Assembly: GCA_964408425.1 (NCBI GenBank)
Contig: CAYOZI010000001.1
Coordinates: forward strand, 8,861 to 72,860
Source: Candidatus Micrarchaeota archaeon
GTDB lineage: Archaea > Micrarchaeota > Micrarchaeia > Norongarragalinales > Norongarragalinaceae
Length of the DNA: 64,000 nt
Reading direction: 5' to 3'
Shown here: piece after piece, positions 41,736-51,384 of the stretch
Layout: each line of letters opens with the position of its first letter
Position numbering within the stretch: position 1 is the stretch's first letter
The notes under the pieces: generated by a model
Database searches by the model: none
What the model was told of the DNA's origin: nothing
The model's input: the letters and a program-made list of their open reading frames with translations, nothing else
Program-made: the position numbers and the translations under genes

Positions 41736-42356
41736 TCACTTCAAAACTTTGCCCGTCTTCGAAAACCACAGGAACAAGTCCAGTTCCGCCTGGTTCAAGC
41801 CCGTTTTCCTGCACAGCGCTTCCAGCTTTTCTTCAATCTCCAGGTATTTTTTCGGAGAGAGCTTTAATTCAAGGATAACCCCGCGCTCTTTCAAAACGCC
41901 CAACACATGCCGGTCGAGAATCGCCAGGTTTTTGAAGCCCACGTTCCTCAAAAAGTGGCTCGATTCCTTCCACCCCAAGCCCTTCACGTTTTCAACAAGC
42001 CACGCCCTCGCCCGAAACCCGTTTTCAAAACCCTTCACGGTTTTCTCGAGCTTCTTCGAATCAAGCTTCCCCCTCGCTTCCGCGATAAACCGCGCCTTGT
42101 TGTTGTAAAAACGGCATCCGCTTTCCTTCAACCATTCTCCCAACTGCCTTTCGCTCGCATTCCGCAGTTTTCCCCTTGATTTTTCCTGAAAACGCAATCC
42201 GGCCTCGGAGGAAGCGTTTGCGGTCGAAATGCAAAAGCACAATTCCGAAAACCAGTCGGGATTTCTCCCAAACTCCTTCAAGCGCCGTTCCACCAGCCTG
42301 GCGACCGGAGATTTCTTCAACGCGACGACATCCCGTTCAAGACCGCCCGAACCCAC
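41736..42356 (-). CDS. ogg: 8-oxoguanine DNA glycosylase, archaeal Ogg2-type (HhH-GPD)
   Basis: 206 aa; ..GLGWKESSHFLRNVGFKNLAILDRHV.. helix-hairpin-helix plus catalytic Lys/Asp region. Confidence 0.7.
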   Translation of the reverse strand: MGSGGLERDVVALKKSPVARLVERRLKEFGRNPDWFSELCFCISTANASSEAGLRFQEKSRGKLRNASERQLGEWLKESGCRFYNNKARFIAEARGKLDSKKLEKTVKGFENGFRARAWLVENVKGLGWKESSHFLRNVGFKNLAILDRHVLGVLKERGVILELKLSPKKYLEIEEKLEALCRKTGLNQAELDLFLWFSKTGKVLK

Positions 42357-42459
42357 AAGCCCACCCCTTAGAAAACGGGTTTAAACCCTCGCCTAATTTA
42401 AAGCCTTTTACAGTTAAACACAATAAAGAAAACGATTTGCGCTGAAAATAAATTAGTGG

Positions 42460-43398
42460 TTGCCAATGGCGGAAAAACTCTACGACTTGATAATCATCGG
42501 GGGAGGTGTGACTGGGTTGGGCAGCGCCATGTACGCCGGTCGCCTCAACCTCAAGACTCTCGTCCTGGCGGGAACGAGATATGGAACGATTGCATTGACG
42601 GACGTTGTCGAAAATTACCCGGGCTTCAAAAGGCTTACGGGATTGGAACTGGCGGAAAAACTGGAAGAACACGCGCTCGATTACAAGAAATTCGTCGAAA
42701 TCGAGGATTTGAAAGCCGGGAAAATCGCGAAGAGCGGGAAAAACTGGAAAATAAAAACCGATGAAGGAAAGGAATTCGAAACGAGAACGGTCTTGATAGC
42801 GACCGGAACTGAAATCAAAAAACTCGGCATTCCGGGGGAAAAAGAATATTGGAACAGGGGCGTGCACAGCTGCGCCTTGTGCGACGGGCCCATCTACCAA
42901 GACAAGAGCATAGCCGTGGTAGGAGGGGGCGACAGCGCAGCTAAAGAAGCTCTGCTCTTGACGCAATTCGGAAGGAAAGTGTTCATTTTCGTCCGCGGCG
43001 GCGAACTCAAGCCCGAACCGATAAACGGCGAGAGGGTAAAGAAAAACAAGAAAATCTCCGTATTCACGAACGTCAGTATTGATGAAATCAAGGGAGACAG
43101 AAAGAAAATGACGGCGTTGGTTTTGGACAAGCCCGTCGAAGGGAAAAAAGAATTTCCAGCAGACGCTCTGTTTCTGGAAATAGGGCACATTCCGCTAAGC
43201 TCCATTGCAAAAGCAATCGGCGTGAAAACCAACGAGAAGGGCGAGATTGTGATAAACCGCAATTCCGAAACCAATGTGCCGGGCGTTTACGCGGCCGGCG
43301 ACGTGGGCGACACGAGATTCAAACAGGCGATTACCGGCGTTGCAGAAGGGGTTTTGGCGGTATACAGCGCTTTCAGGTACATCGGGGAAAACGAATAA
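42460..43398 (+). CDS. trxB: Thioredoxin-disulfide reductase
   Basis: FAD motif DLIIIGGGVTG, redox-active CALCDG, NADPH motif VVGGGDSAAKEA; 312 aa. Confidence 0.85.
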   Translation: MPMAEKLYDLIIIGGGVTGLGSAMYAGRLNLKTLVLAGTRYGTIALTDVVENYPGFKRLTGLELAEKLEEHALDYKKFVEIEDLKAGKIAKSGKNWKIKTDEGKEFETRTVLIATGTEIKKLGIPGEKEYWNRGVHSCALCDGPIYQDKSIAVVGGGDSAAKEALLLTQFGRKVFIFVRGGELKPEPINGERVKKNKKISVFTNVSIDEIKGDRKKMTALVLDKPVEGKKEFPADALFLEIGHIPLSSIAKAIGVKTNEKGEIVINRNSETNVPGVYAAGDVGDTRFKQAITGVAEGVLAVYSAFRYIGENE

Positions 43399-43408
43399 AG
43401 CCGTCAAA

Positions 43409-43990
43409 TCAGAGTTTAATCACGTTGAACTTCAAAGCCCCCAAAACCAACAGCGCTATTACGATTACCGCCTGCAAAAGCTGGTTGTTCAAAACCAGTA
43501 AGCCCACGTTGAACGAGTGGAGCAAAACGAGAACCAGAACAAGATAAACCAGCCGCTGCACGTTCTTCCAATTCCTGCTGCCCAAAGCCCTTATCGCAAA
43601 ATCGTTCGAAGTGGAGGATATTACGGCTAGGGTAAGGAACGCAAGAAGCCCGAAAACCAGGAAAACGCTGTTCGGAAGGGTGAAAATGATTCCGAAATTC
43701 CAGTTGAAGAAAAAGTTGTATACTAGCAAAACGTGCACTAACGCGAAGAAAAACACGTACAGCCCTATCCAACGCTGTTGCGTGAAAAGAAAGCGGGTTA
43801 GTGGAACGTTTTTCACCCTCACCAGAAGAGGCGTGAGCAAAACGAGAATCAACGTCGCCAAAGCCAGGATTCCGAAGGAACTGACTAAAAACATGATTTG
43901 CGCCGGTCCTGCATAAAAGAGCGACCCGAGCAGGTAAACCAAAAGCGCGATTGCTATCCCGAACGCATTAACCCAGTATTTCCCTTCCAA
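43409..43990 (-). CDS. Membrane protein, ferric-reductase-like/MsrQ-like transmembrane domain (paralog A)
   Basis: 193 aa, 6 TM helices with conserved His in TM helices; paralogous to 44046..44699. Confidence 0.4.
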   Translation of the reverse strand: MEGKYWVNAFGIAIALLVYLLGSLFYAGPAQIMFLVSSFGILALATLILVLLTPLLVRVKNVPLTRFLFTQQRWIGLYVFFFALVHVLLVYNFFFNWNFGIIFTLPNSVFLVFGLLAFLTLAVISSTSNDFAIRALGSRNWKNVQRLVYLVLVLVLLHSFNVGLLVLNNQLLQAVIVIALLVLGALKFNVIKL

Positions 43991-44045
43991 GAAAACATCA
44001 CCGTTTGAAAAGCTAAAAGCAGAATGAAGAATTTAATGTTTGAGT

Positions 44046-44699
44046 TTAAGGCTTTTGCTTTGCCTTAGGCGGAGGGAGGATATGCTCTTCGAAGGACTGT
44101 TTTTCAGGCATTCCCACGAAAATGACCGCAAACCTCGCTAAAAGCACTAGAACCGCGAAAACCAGTATCGCCCATCCGGCAGGCCTTACGTTGAAAACCC
44201 CTTGCTTGGTTTCGATCAAAACGAAATGCACGATCACCAAAAGCAAGGCGAAATAACCCGTCCTCAAGACCGAACGCCATTTTTCATATCCTAGCTTATC
44301 CACCCACTCTTTCGAAGAAATTGCGGTCATAACCCCGAAAACGAACAGGGCGACGGCACCGGTCAACAGGGCGAAAAGCTTGAACGAATCAAAGCCGAGA
44401 ATGGCCATGAAATCCCATTTGTAGTAAACGTGCAGGGAAATCGCTGTGTGGGCCACCGCAAAAACAAATCCCCACAAGCCGATGTTCTTCCTCCACGGCA
44501 GGTAAAAGCCGAACGTTTTCGGGAAAAAGCGCGTTAAAGGGCCGAGCAGGAAAGACAAGCCGATCAATACGACCGCTCCCAACGCCAGCATCTTGTTTAG
44601 CATTGAAACCGAAAAAGAAAGGTAGGCGTAGAAGACGAACAGCAAAAGCAGGACTAACGCAGGAACGAGATGGGATTTGTTCAACTCCCAGAACTTCAT
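44046..44699 (-). CDS. Membrane protein, ferric-reductase-like/MsrQ-like transmembrane domain (paralog B)
   Basis: 217 aa, same architecture (..VAHTAISLHVYY.. ..VIVHFVL..), tandem to paralog A. Confidence 0.4.
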   Translation of the reverse strand: MKFWELNKSHLVPALVLLLLFVFYAYLSFSVSMLNKMLALGAVVLIGLSFLLGPLTRFFPKTFGFYLPWRKNIGLWGFVFAVAHTAISLHVYYKWDFMAILGFDSFKLFALLTGAVALFVFGVMTAISSKEWVDKLGYEKWRSVLRTGYFALLLVIVHFVLIETKQGVFNVRPAGWAILVFAVLVLLARFAVIFVGMPEKQSFEEHILPPPKAKQKP

Positions 44700-44756
44700 T
44701 AAAACCTGAAAGAAAGGGCGGAATTAAAACTTTCGCTAGGGAAAAGGAAAGAAAGG

Positions 44757-44829
44757 CGCCTTGGCCGGGATTCGGACCCGGGTCTCCAGCGTGACAGGCT
44801 GGAATGCTAGGCCACTACACTACCAAGGC
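44757..44829 (-). tRNA. tRNA-Asp (anticodon GUC)
   Basis: Acceptor GCCTTGG/CCAAGGC, D-arm TAGTGTAGTGGCCTAGCAT, anticodon stem CCAGC/GCTGG with loop CTGTCAC, T-arm CCGGG-TCCGAAT-CCCGG. Confidence 0.85.
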
Positions 44830-44883
44830 ACGACTCTAAAATCTTTTTTTCGGACGCTTTTAATTCTTCTTAAAAAACTTAAA

Positions 44884-45022
44884 GTCCCGCCGGCCGGATT
44901 TGAACCGGCAACCCTCCGATTTCCGCGAACGTTCTCGCGCTTTTTCTTTAACGAACTTTTCTTTTGGAAAAAGAAAAGTTCCAGGCTACAGTCGGATGCT
45001 CAGCCAGGTTGAGCTACAGCGG
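44884..45022 (-). tRNA. tRNA-Tyr (anticodon GUA) with a 65-nt intron at the canonical 37/38 position
   Basis: Exon 1 is CCCGCTG-TA-GCTC..GAGC-A-TCCGA-CTGTAG, exon 2 is A-TCGGA-GGGTT-GCCGG-TTCAAAT-CCGGC-CGGCGGG-A. The intron (44920..44984) carries hairpins GGAACTTTTCTTTT/AAAAGAAAAGTTCC and CGCGAGAAC/GTTCGCG. Confidence 0.75.
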
Positions 45023-45041
45023 GACAAGCCTTTAAAATTTC

Positions 45042-46496
45042 ATGGTTCAACTCATTAAAAACAGTTTCTTACTCGCGCTCGCCGCAATCCTTTTTGCATC
45101 AACCGCTTTCGCCTTCACGGCGCAGGAACACGCGGAGTTTTTCGCCAGGGAAGGCGAAACCGCGAACGCCACTCAATTCGACTCTTACTACATGGTTTTG
45201 GTAAACGGGGTGGAACAGGCGGTTTTGAAGAAAAGCGGAAACGATTTCGTGGTAGTCGAATCTGAAAGTGAATTGGAAACCGCGGTGGTAAAATACTCGC
45301 AAGCTGTTTTCGAGGACGAGTTGAAACCCGCAATAGCCCAAATCGGAATTGCTTTCGACGCGTTGAACGCAACGGTCGACACGTGCATTTACGGCTCGAA
45401 AAGGTATTCGTCGAAAACCAGGGGCGGGATTTACGCTTATTACAACATCCGCAACGACGCAATCCACTTTCCGGCGCAATACTCTGCAATAAAGTACATC
45501 GACACGAACATCGCCCAGTACGAGGAAGACTGGGAGGCGGCAAAGGAAGGCGTTGGCGTGCTGAAAAACTCCGCTTCAAACGCCGACTCCGCTTTGGAAG
45601 CGGCTGCAAACGCGCGAAACGGCTTGACGCCCGTCAAAAACGGATATGCAAAGTTTTACGAAGCCTACAAGAATGCAACCGAACTGGACGAGTATGCATA
45701 CAACTGGCAGACGATAGAATACCCGTGCGAGCCGACTTCCGACTTCAACTTGAAAATGGACGCCGTGCTGGGCGCCATATCCTCAAGCAAATTCAATTCG
45801 AAAGACAGGCTGGTTTCCCAAATCAAAACCCAAATGGCGGAAAGGCTGGTGGAATACAACCAGAACAAACAGGAGGAAGGCGCGACGCTCGTTGCCGGAG
45901 AATTGAACGACGAGGCGCAGGCGGTGAAAAGCAAGTTTTCGGTGTTCGGGGTTGAATTGACCGGATTGAGCAACGAGATAACCAACGTGGCGAACAGCGT
46001 CGGCACCCCGGCGTTCGACAACGCTTCGAAAAACCTCGAACAGCACATCACCAAATACGAAGCGGTTTATGGGGATTACAACCTCACGAAATTCGCCATA
46101 ACTCAAGCGGAACAGTTTTTGAGGCAGGATACGGAGAAATACGGATCCACCGACGACAGGATCACCGACTTGAACAGGCAGCTGAACGACGTTAAAATCT
46201 CGTTGAGGGAAAACGAGAACACGCTCAAGGCGGGAAACGTCGACGCCGTCAACCTTTCTGCCCTAAGCCAGAACGCCACTAAAATCATGCTTTCCGCCCA
46301 AAACCTCCCGCCGAAAGAAGGGCAGCTTGATTTGGTCACGATAGGAGGAATACTCATGCTTATACTCGTAGGCGCTGGCGCCGTTTGGTATTTCAAGAGA
46401 AAACAATCGGGCGCAGGGCCTTTGATCCAACCGCCTTCGTTCAGCCTTCCGAAGAGGGAAAGCGTTTCTCTCGAAGACATCGAGAAAATGGATTGA
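45042..46496 (+). CDS. Secreted protein with N-terminal signal peptide and C-terminal TM anchor, function unknown
   Basis: 484 aa; signal LLALAAILFASTAFAF; long Asn/Ala/Glu-rich helical ectodomain; C-terminal LVTIGGILMLILVGAGAVWYFKRKQ. Confidence 0.55.
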   Translation: MVQLIKNSFLLALAAILFASTAFAFTAQEHAEFFAREGETANATQFDSYYMVLVNGVEQAVLKKSGNDFVVVESESELETAVVKYSQAVFEDELKPAIAQIGIAFDALNATVDTCIYGSKRYSSKTRGGIYAYYNIRNDAIHFPAQYSAIKYIDTNIAQYEEDWEAAKEGVGVLKNSASNADSALEAAANARNGLTPVKNGYAKFYEAYKNATELDEYAYNWQTIEYPCEPTSDFNLKMDAVLGAISSSKFNSKDRLVSQIKTQMAERLVEYNQNKQEEGATLVAGELNDEAQAVKSKFSVFGVELTGLSNEITNVANSVGTPAFDNASKNLEQHITKYEAVYGDYNLTKFAITQAEQFLRQDTEKYGSTDDRITDLNRQLNDVKISLRENENTLKAGNVDAVNLSALSQNATKIMLSAQNLPPKEGQLDLVTIGGILMLILVGAGAVWYFKRKQSGAGPLIQPPSFSLPKRESVSLEDIEKMD

Positions 46497-46725
46497 GCTG
46501 GAGAAACTAAAACACTATTTTTAACCAGCTGCGGCCAATAGTTTAAAAGAGGGGGATTGGGGTAGCCTGGCATCCTTCCAGCTTTGGGGCACTTTTTTGC
46601 CGCGGGCAAAAACCTGCACTAAAAAGGGCAAAACAGCTGGAGACCTGAGTTCGAAAGCTTTTCTTTCAAGGAAAGGAAAAACCGAATCTCTCAGATCCCC
46701 CACTCGCCAAAAAGGTTTTGGAAAA

Positions 46726-47352
46726 ATGGAGTTCAAGCCAGCCTCTTACGGAAAATGCCCCCTGCCCGACAAGGGAAAGCTTTTGGACAGGCTCAAGCCG
46801 GGCGTGCTCAACCGCGTCGCCATACGCCGCCATGCCATAGTGACCACCGCCCTTTCTTTCGGCATAGCGGGCGAGTTGGAAAAACGGGGCTTTAAGCTGA
46901 ACGGGAAAATGCTGGAAACCGCCCACATTGCAAGGGCGTTGTCCCTAAGGCTCCGCAAGGTCACGGGATTCGAAAGGGAGAAGGCAATCCTCGCCGCTGG
47001 AGAGCTTATGAAACGCCAAGGGCATCCCGAACTGGCTGAAATGGTTTCCAAATACTATTCGCTCCACGAGCCCGGAATAATCCGGAAACTCAAGCTGGAA
47101 GACGTGCCTTTCCTCATGGCGGGGTATATGACGAGAGAGGTTGAAACCGGGGCCGGAAAAACCCACAGGATAATGCACCCGGAAAGGGCGTTCGAAATAC
47201 TCTGCGAGCAACAGCCGGAAAGAAGGGAGTTTCTGGAAAAAGAGTACGAAAACGTGAAGATTCTCACGAAATGGCTTGAGAAAAACGGCGTAAACTTGAA
47301 AGTAATCGCGAGAAAAATAAACTTCGAACTCACTCGCGGGGACTACGGCTGA
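46726..47352 (+). CDS. Hypothetical protein
   Basis: Start chosen at MEFKPAS (the ORF track begins at 46597 with a low-complexity basic leader); no motif recognised. Confidence 0.4.
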   Translation: MEFKPASYGKCPLPDKGKLLDRLKPGVLNRVAIRRHAIVTTALSFGIAGELEKRGFKLNGKMLETAHIARALSLRLRKVTGFEREKAILAAGELMKRQGHPELAEMVSKYYSLHEPGIIRKLKLEDVPFLMAGYMTREVETGAGKTHRIMHPERAFEILCEQQPERREFLEKEYENVKILTKWLEKNGVNLKVIARKINFELTRGDYG

Positions 47353-47356
47353 AAAA

Positions 47357-48244
47357 TCACTTTTTTTTCTTTTTCCCGCCGAAATTGCCGCGGGGCTTCG
47401 GGATCTTCAAATCAGGATAGACGCCCGCAATCGATTCGAGCGTTACGAACGGGGGAAAACCGGCGTGTTCGAAACAGCGCAAATACAAAGCTTCCCTTAA
47501 AACCTCTTTTCCCTCGGAAGTCGATGAGAATTCCGCAATCCCAGGCTCTATTTTCGAAGCTTCGCCCAAAAGGGCCGGCAGTTTCGCAAAGCTCTTCCTC
47601 ACCTGAAAAGAATTCAATAGGGCGGAAACCGCGTTTTCGAAACCATCGTCGTTCGAGGAATACAAAGACGGGAGCTTTTGGTTGGTTGAAGAGAAGATTC
47701 CCGCCAAGCCTAGCAAAACCTCCTTCTTCTCGGTCTTTTCCAAATCCACTTTTTTCACAGCAACCCAATCCCCGTAATTGGCCGCCAGCCTCACTTCCCT
47801 TTTGGAAGGATTTCCCTTTTGCGAAAACGCAAGGCTCGATGGAAAGATTTTTTTCCACATGCAGAAAACGAAATAGGAAAAAGCGAAATCGACAGGGTCT
47901 CCCTTGGGTTTTTTGAAATTCACGTCGCTCGCGTCCAAAGGCTCCATTTGAAGTTTGAGCGTGACGCACTCCCTCAGCCTTCCCTCCAAAACCCCGGGCT
48001 TTATAGGGGATAAGATCGAGCAAACGTCTGAAATGGTTTTGGGGTTTCCGTAAGAAGAAGCGATAGCCTCGATTTTCTTTAATTCCAAGGGCGCGAAGTC
48101 GAACATTTTTATCCAAGCTATGCTTCGCGCGTTGAAAACAAGCTTGGCGACCGAACTCTTGTCGAAAGCGCCCTGCAACTTCTCGTCGCATTTAGCGCCT
48201 TCTAAAGCGGAAGAAAACCAGAGGAAATCCAATGCGCTTCTCAC
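47357..48244 (-). CDS. Hypothetical protein with a poly-Lys C-terminus
   Basis: 295 aa; ends ..PRGNFGGKKKKK. Confidence 0.4.
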   Translation of the reverse strand: MRSALDFLWFSSALEGAKCDEKLQGAFDKSSVAKLVFNARSIAWIKMFDFAPLELKKIEAIASSYGNPKTISDVCSILSPIKPGVLEGRLRECVTLKLQMEPLDASDVNFKKPKGDPVDFAFSYFVFCMWKKIFPSSLAFSQKGNPSKREVRLAANYGDWVAVKKVDLEKTEKKEVLLGLAGIFSSTNQKLPSLYSSNDDGFENAVSALLNSFQVRKSFAKLPALLGEASKIEPGIAEFSSTSEGKEVLREALYLRCFEHAGFPPFVTLESIAGVYPDLKIPKPRGNFGGKKKKK

Positions 48245-48247
48245 CGC

Positions 48248-48469
48248 TTAAAACGAAGAAATCAGTTTCTTCGCGGCTGCACCCACGCTGGTTTCCGGCT
48301 CGTAAGCCCCGCCCGCGAACAAAGCGCCGCAAGCCCTGCACTCCCAGCGCGCGAAACCCTTTCTCTTCACCTTCTTCTTTCCGCACTTGGGGCAAGCGTA
48401 CTTCAAAGACTGTTTTCTCTTGACTTCTTTGTACTTCTTGCGAAGCTTCACGCCATACCTGGAAACCAT
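48248..48469 (-). CDS. rpl37ae: 50S ribosomal protein L37Ae (eL43)
   Basis: 73 aa; zinc ribbon CPKCGKKKV..CRACG. Confidence 0.85.
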   Translation of the reverse strand: MVSRYGVKLRKKYKEVKRKQSLKYACPKCGKKKVKRKGFARWECRACGALFAGGAYEPETSVGAAAKKLISSF

Positions 48470-48503
48470 TTTTCAAAACACCCTTTTTTGGAATTAAACG
48501 GAA

Positions 48504-49280
48504 TCAAATCGCGTTGAACAACGCCTTCGATTTTTCGAAAGCCAAGTCCATCAAACCCATGATTTCCTGCTTTGAAAAACCCGCTGACCCGGACTTTTGC
48601 CCGCAGCACACCATACCGTCGTCCGTAACGCCGATAGTCAGCCTTCCGTTGCTCGCAACTTCCTCGCTGTCGCTCGCGTCGACGATCAGCTTCCCGCCGA
48701 TTTTTTCGAACGAGCACGTCAACGCACTTCGTTTCAAAGGCATTTCGCCGACGAATTCATCCCGAATGAGCTTTCCAGTTTCCTTGTCGATTTTCGGCAC
48801 TCTAGCGCTTTTCAAAGCGGCCATAGCCGCCAAAGCTGCGGTATCCGTCAGATTCCCGCAATGGTCGAGAACTTGCAAGTCGATGAAAACAGCCATTACC
48901 TTCTCTTCAGACCGGTCGAAAGCCGAAGAGTCGATGCAATCCGCACTGCGAATCGCCCTGTCCACAACCCTTGCGAGTTCGATCGAATTCGCGTCAGGCG
49001 GGCCCGGCTCGAAATCATCGTGCGCCATGGGCGAAAACTCGCAGCCCACCATCACGACAGCCTCGTCGGGCCTGTCGGGAAAAGGAGTCATCAAGTCGAA
49101 CTTCACTCCGCACAACACTTTGGTATTGCCAATCTGCGCCAACGCCGAACCCTCGGCATTCTGCACGAAGCCTTTCGCTACGGATGCGGTCCGGTATTCG
49201 TCGAAATTCCTTCCGTCCTCTCTCTTTCCGCTCTTCACCAAATCGGAAATGAAAGCGGCAGTAACTTCCTTAATCAACAT
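48504..49280 (-). CDS. rrp42: Exosome complex component Rrp42 (RNase PH-like, non-catalytic)
   Basis: 258 aa; RNase PH fold; follows rrp41 in the conserved operon. Confidence 0.8.
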   Translation of the reverse strand: MLIKEVTAAFISDLVKSGKREDGRNFDEYRTASVAKGFVQNAEGSALAQIGNTKVLCGVKFDLMTPFPDRPDEAVVMVGCEFSPMAHDDFEPGPPDANSIELARVVDRAIRSADCIDSSAFDRSEEKVMAVFIDLQVLDHCGNLTDTAALAAMAALKSARVPKIDKETGKLIRDEFVGEMPLKRSALTCSFEKIGGKLIVDASDSEEVASNGRLTIGVTDDGMVCCGQKSGSAGFSKQEIMGLMDLAFEKSKALFNAI

Positions 49281-49283
49281 TTT

Positions 49284-50054
49284 TCATTCACCCGTTTTTT
49301 CATCGTTTGGCGAGCTTTCGATTTCCTCGAAAACCGCCTGGTATTTTTCCTTCAACGCTTTTTCCTGAAGCTCACGAATTTTCTTTGACGCCTTCCAACC
49401 CATGTCGAAAGCCCGTTCCAATTCCTCTTTCGAAAGCAACCCGTCCATTTGATACAATAATATCTCGCCGTTCCTCGGGGCGAAAACCATGGGAATGTCG
49501 CTGCTTCCCAGATTGTCCTCGTACTTGTCTAGATCCAGCACCAATTCGCCTGCAACCTTCCCTACGCTCACTCCGGCGACCAGATCGCGCATGGGAATGC
49601 CGGCGTCCGCAAGAGCAACGCTCGCGGCGGTTAGGGAGGCTATCCTCGTCCCGCCGTCGCTTTGCACGACTTCCATGTGAACGTCAATCATTGTTTTAGG
49701 AAACAGGTTCGTGAGAACGACGTTTTCAAAAACGTGCTTCACGACCTTCGAAATCTCGATGCTCCGCCTGTTGGGCCCGCTTCTCCCGTGGTCTTCCAAA
49801 CCAGAGAACGGCGTCATGATGTAACGAGCATTTATCAGCGCCTTGTAATTGTTCGTCAAGTGCTTGGGAAAAACCTCGTGAGGCCCGTAAACCGCGGCAA
49901 AAACCTTGTTTTTGCCCCACTCGACAAAAGCGCTTCCGCGCGCTTGCTTGAAAACGCCCGCCTTGATTTTTATCTCGCGCAAATCCTCGAACCCGCGCCC
50001 GTCGTACCTCTTCCCGTTCTTAATCAAATCCTCTTCTTTCAAAACTACAGTCAT
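49284..50054 (-). CDS. rrp41: Exosome complex exonuclease Rrp41 (RNase PH)
   Basis: 256 aa; ..KRYDGRGFEDLREIKIKAGVFKQARGSAFVEWGKNKV.. and phosphate-binding GSSD region. Confidence 0.85.
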   Translation of the reverse strand: MTVVLKEEDLIKNGKRYDGRGFEDLREIKIKAGVFKQARGSAFVEWGKNKVFAAVYGPHEVFPKHLTNNYKALINARYIMTPFSGLEDHGRSGPNRRSIEISKVVKHVFENVVLTNLFPKTMIDVHMEVVQSDGGTRIASLTAASVALADAGIPMRDLVAGVSVGKVAGELVLDLDKYEDNLGSSDIPMVFAPRNGEILLYQMDGLLSKEELERAFDMGWKASKKIRELQEKALKEKYQAVFEEIESSPNDEKTGE

Positions 50055-50662
50055 TCTTTACCACCATGTTGCAAAAATGCAGTCATCCTGTCCGTCAGCC
50101 CCGAAACGTGGGCTTCCCTGCAAATTTTTAAAATCGCTATTACCGCCAACGCCGTATTCCCCCCCTTCAAATACAACCTTCCGTTCTGCCCTACGAAAAT
50201 CTCGGATTGCGCATGTTGTTTGATGAGGGAAATCATCGAAGCGTTCTTTCCTATCACTCTCGGGACTTTGACAGGCTCGATTTCCAAAACCTCGCCGTCC
50301 CAAAACCTTCTCGGTTCCGAAAGCAACGCCTCCCCTATTTCGTCAACGCTGAATACTTTAGAAGAAACCACGTCGCCGATCTTGAACTTTTCCCGCGTAT
50401 CTCTCGCAGAGATTTTCCCTTCGAACGGGGAGTTCAAGTCGACCATCCAGCCGTAAAAACCCTCTTCCTTTACCACTCCGATGATGTAATCCCCCCTTTT
50501 CGGGAAGTACTGCCCCTTCAGGGGAATCAAGCGTTCGCTGTCAACCATTCCCATTACGGCGGAATAGGTCTTTCCATCTTCCACGTAAACCCCTTCACCC
50601 CGATACGCTTTCTCGGAAACCAAAGCGCCGGGCACTACCAAATTCTTCAAATTCATTTTCAC
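50051..50662 (-). CDS. rrp4: Exosome RNA-binding subunit Rrp4 (S1 + KH)
   Basis: 203 aa; S1 fold followed by a KH GxxG (VIGKNASMI); 4-nt overlap with rrp41. Confidence 0.7.
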   Translation of the reverse strand: MKMNLKNLVVPGALVSEKAYRGEGVYVEDGKTYSAVMGMVDSERLIPLKGQYFPKRGDYIIGVVKEEGFYGWMVDLNSPFEGKISARDTREKFKIGDVVSSKVFSVDEIGEALLSEPRRFWDGEVLEIEPVKVPRVIGKNASMISLIKQHAQSEIFVGQNGRLYLKGGNTALAVIAILKICREAHVSGLTDRMTAFLQHGGKE

Positions 50663-50685
50663 CCGTTTTTCTCAAAAACAAAATT

Positions 50686-51378
50686 TCATTTCAACTGTTT
50701 CGTCTGCACGCTTCCGCCAGTCATTTTGTTCAGCTTGTCGAAAAACTCCCCTTGCATTCCAGCGGGAATTTCGCAAACGCAAACCAAATCCCCTTCCTTA
50801 GTCCATTCTTCTTTTTGCAATCCGTATTCCTTCAAAGTCCCGTAAGCCCTGCCTGAATGCTCGGCGGGAATCTTGATTGCAATCTTGATTTTCTCCAGCG
50901 AAATGGGGATTATTTCCCTTATCGACTCGATCGCTTCCAGCATCTGCTCTTCCGCGCTTTTGAAGGCGTCGAACGAAAACTTCGCCTGGTCCAAAGCGTT
51001 CTGGATTCGAATCACGGGAATGGGCGTTTTCGCCCTCGGGTCAATCGCGTTCTTCGCTATTAATGCGATGACCCTAGTTTTCTTTTCCTCCAGCAATTTC
51101 CGCCTCTGGTCGGTCGTTAACTGCAATTCCCCATCCTTGAAAATCATCTTGGCGACGTCGAGAACGTTTTCAGTCCCGAACGCCTTTTTCAAAGCGGCTC
51201 CGGTCTGCCTCTCGCCTTTGTTCGCGTCCTTGAAAACCTCTTCGGCCATCAAAACGTTCGCGATATCCTTTCTCACGCCCGTCTTGTAATCGAACCCGAG
51301 CTTCGGGTCGACGAGAATCTCGAACTTCTCACCGCCTTTCTCCAGGCGCGCTATGATTGTATTCTCTATTCCGCTCAT
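50686..51378 (-). CDS. sdo1: Ribosome maturation protein SBDS/Sdo1
   Basis: 230 aa; FYSH N-terminal domain (..KFEILVDPKLGFDYKTG..); its position between psmA and rrp4 matches the archaeal superoperon. Confidence 0.8.
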   Translation of the reverse strand: MSGIENTIIARLEKGGEKFEILVDPKLGFDYKTGVRKDIANVLMAEEVFKDANKGERQTGAALKKAFGTENVLDVAKMIFKDGELQLTTDQRRKLLEEKKTRVIALIAKNAIDPRAKTPIPVIRIQNALDQAKFSFDAFKSAEEQMLEAIESIREIIPISLEKIKIAIKIPAEHSGRAYGTLKEYGLQKEEWTKEGDLVCVCEIPAGMQGEFFDKLNKMTGGSVQTKQLK

Positions 51379-51384
51379 GAAACC

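Noticed and set aside
41521-41814. 97-aa small membrane ORF overlapping the ogg 3' end by 79 nt
   Set aside because: With that start the overlap is implausible. A shorter version (internal M, 41521..41676, 52 aa) is possible but has no support. It is left out of the confident feature list.
19684-44829. Shared anticodon stem CCAGC/GCTGG in tRNA-Gly, tRNA-Pro and tRNA-Asp as evidence of recent tRNA gene duplication or recoding
   Set aside because: The rest of the molecules (acceptor stems, D- and T-arms) differ. A 5-bp GC-rich stem can recur by chance or through common identity elements. It is noted but not considered significant without genome-wide statistics.
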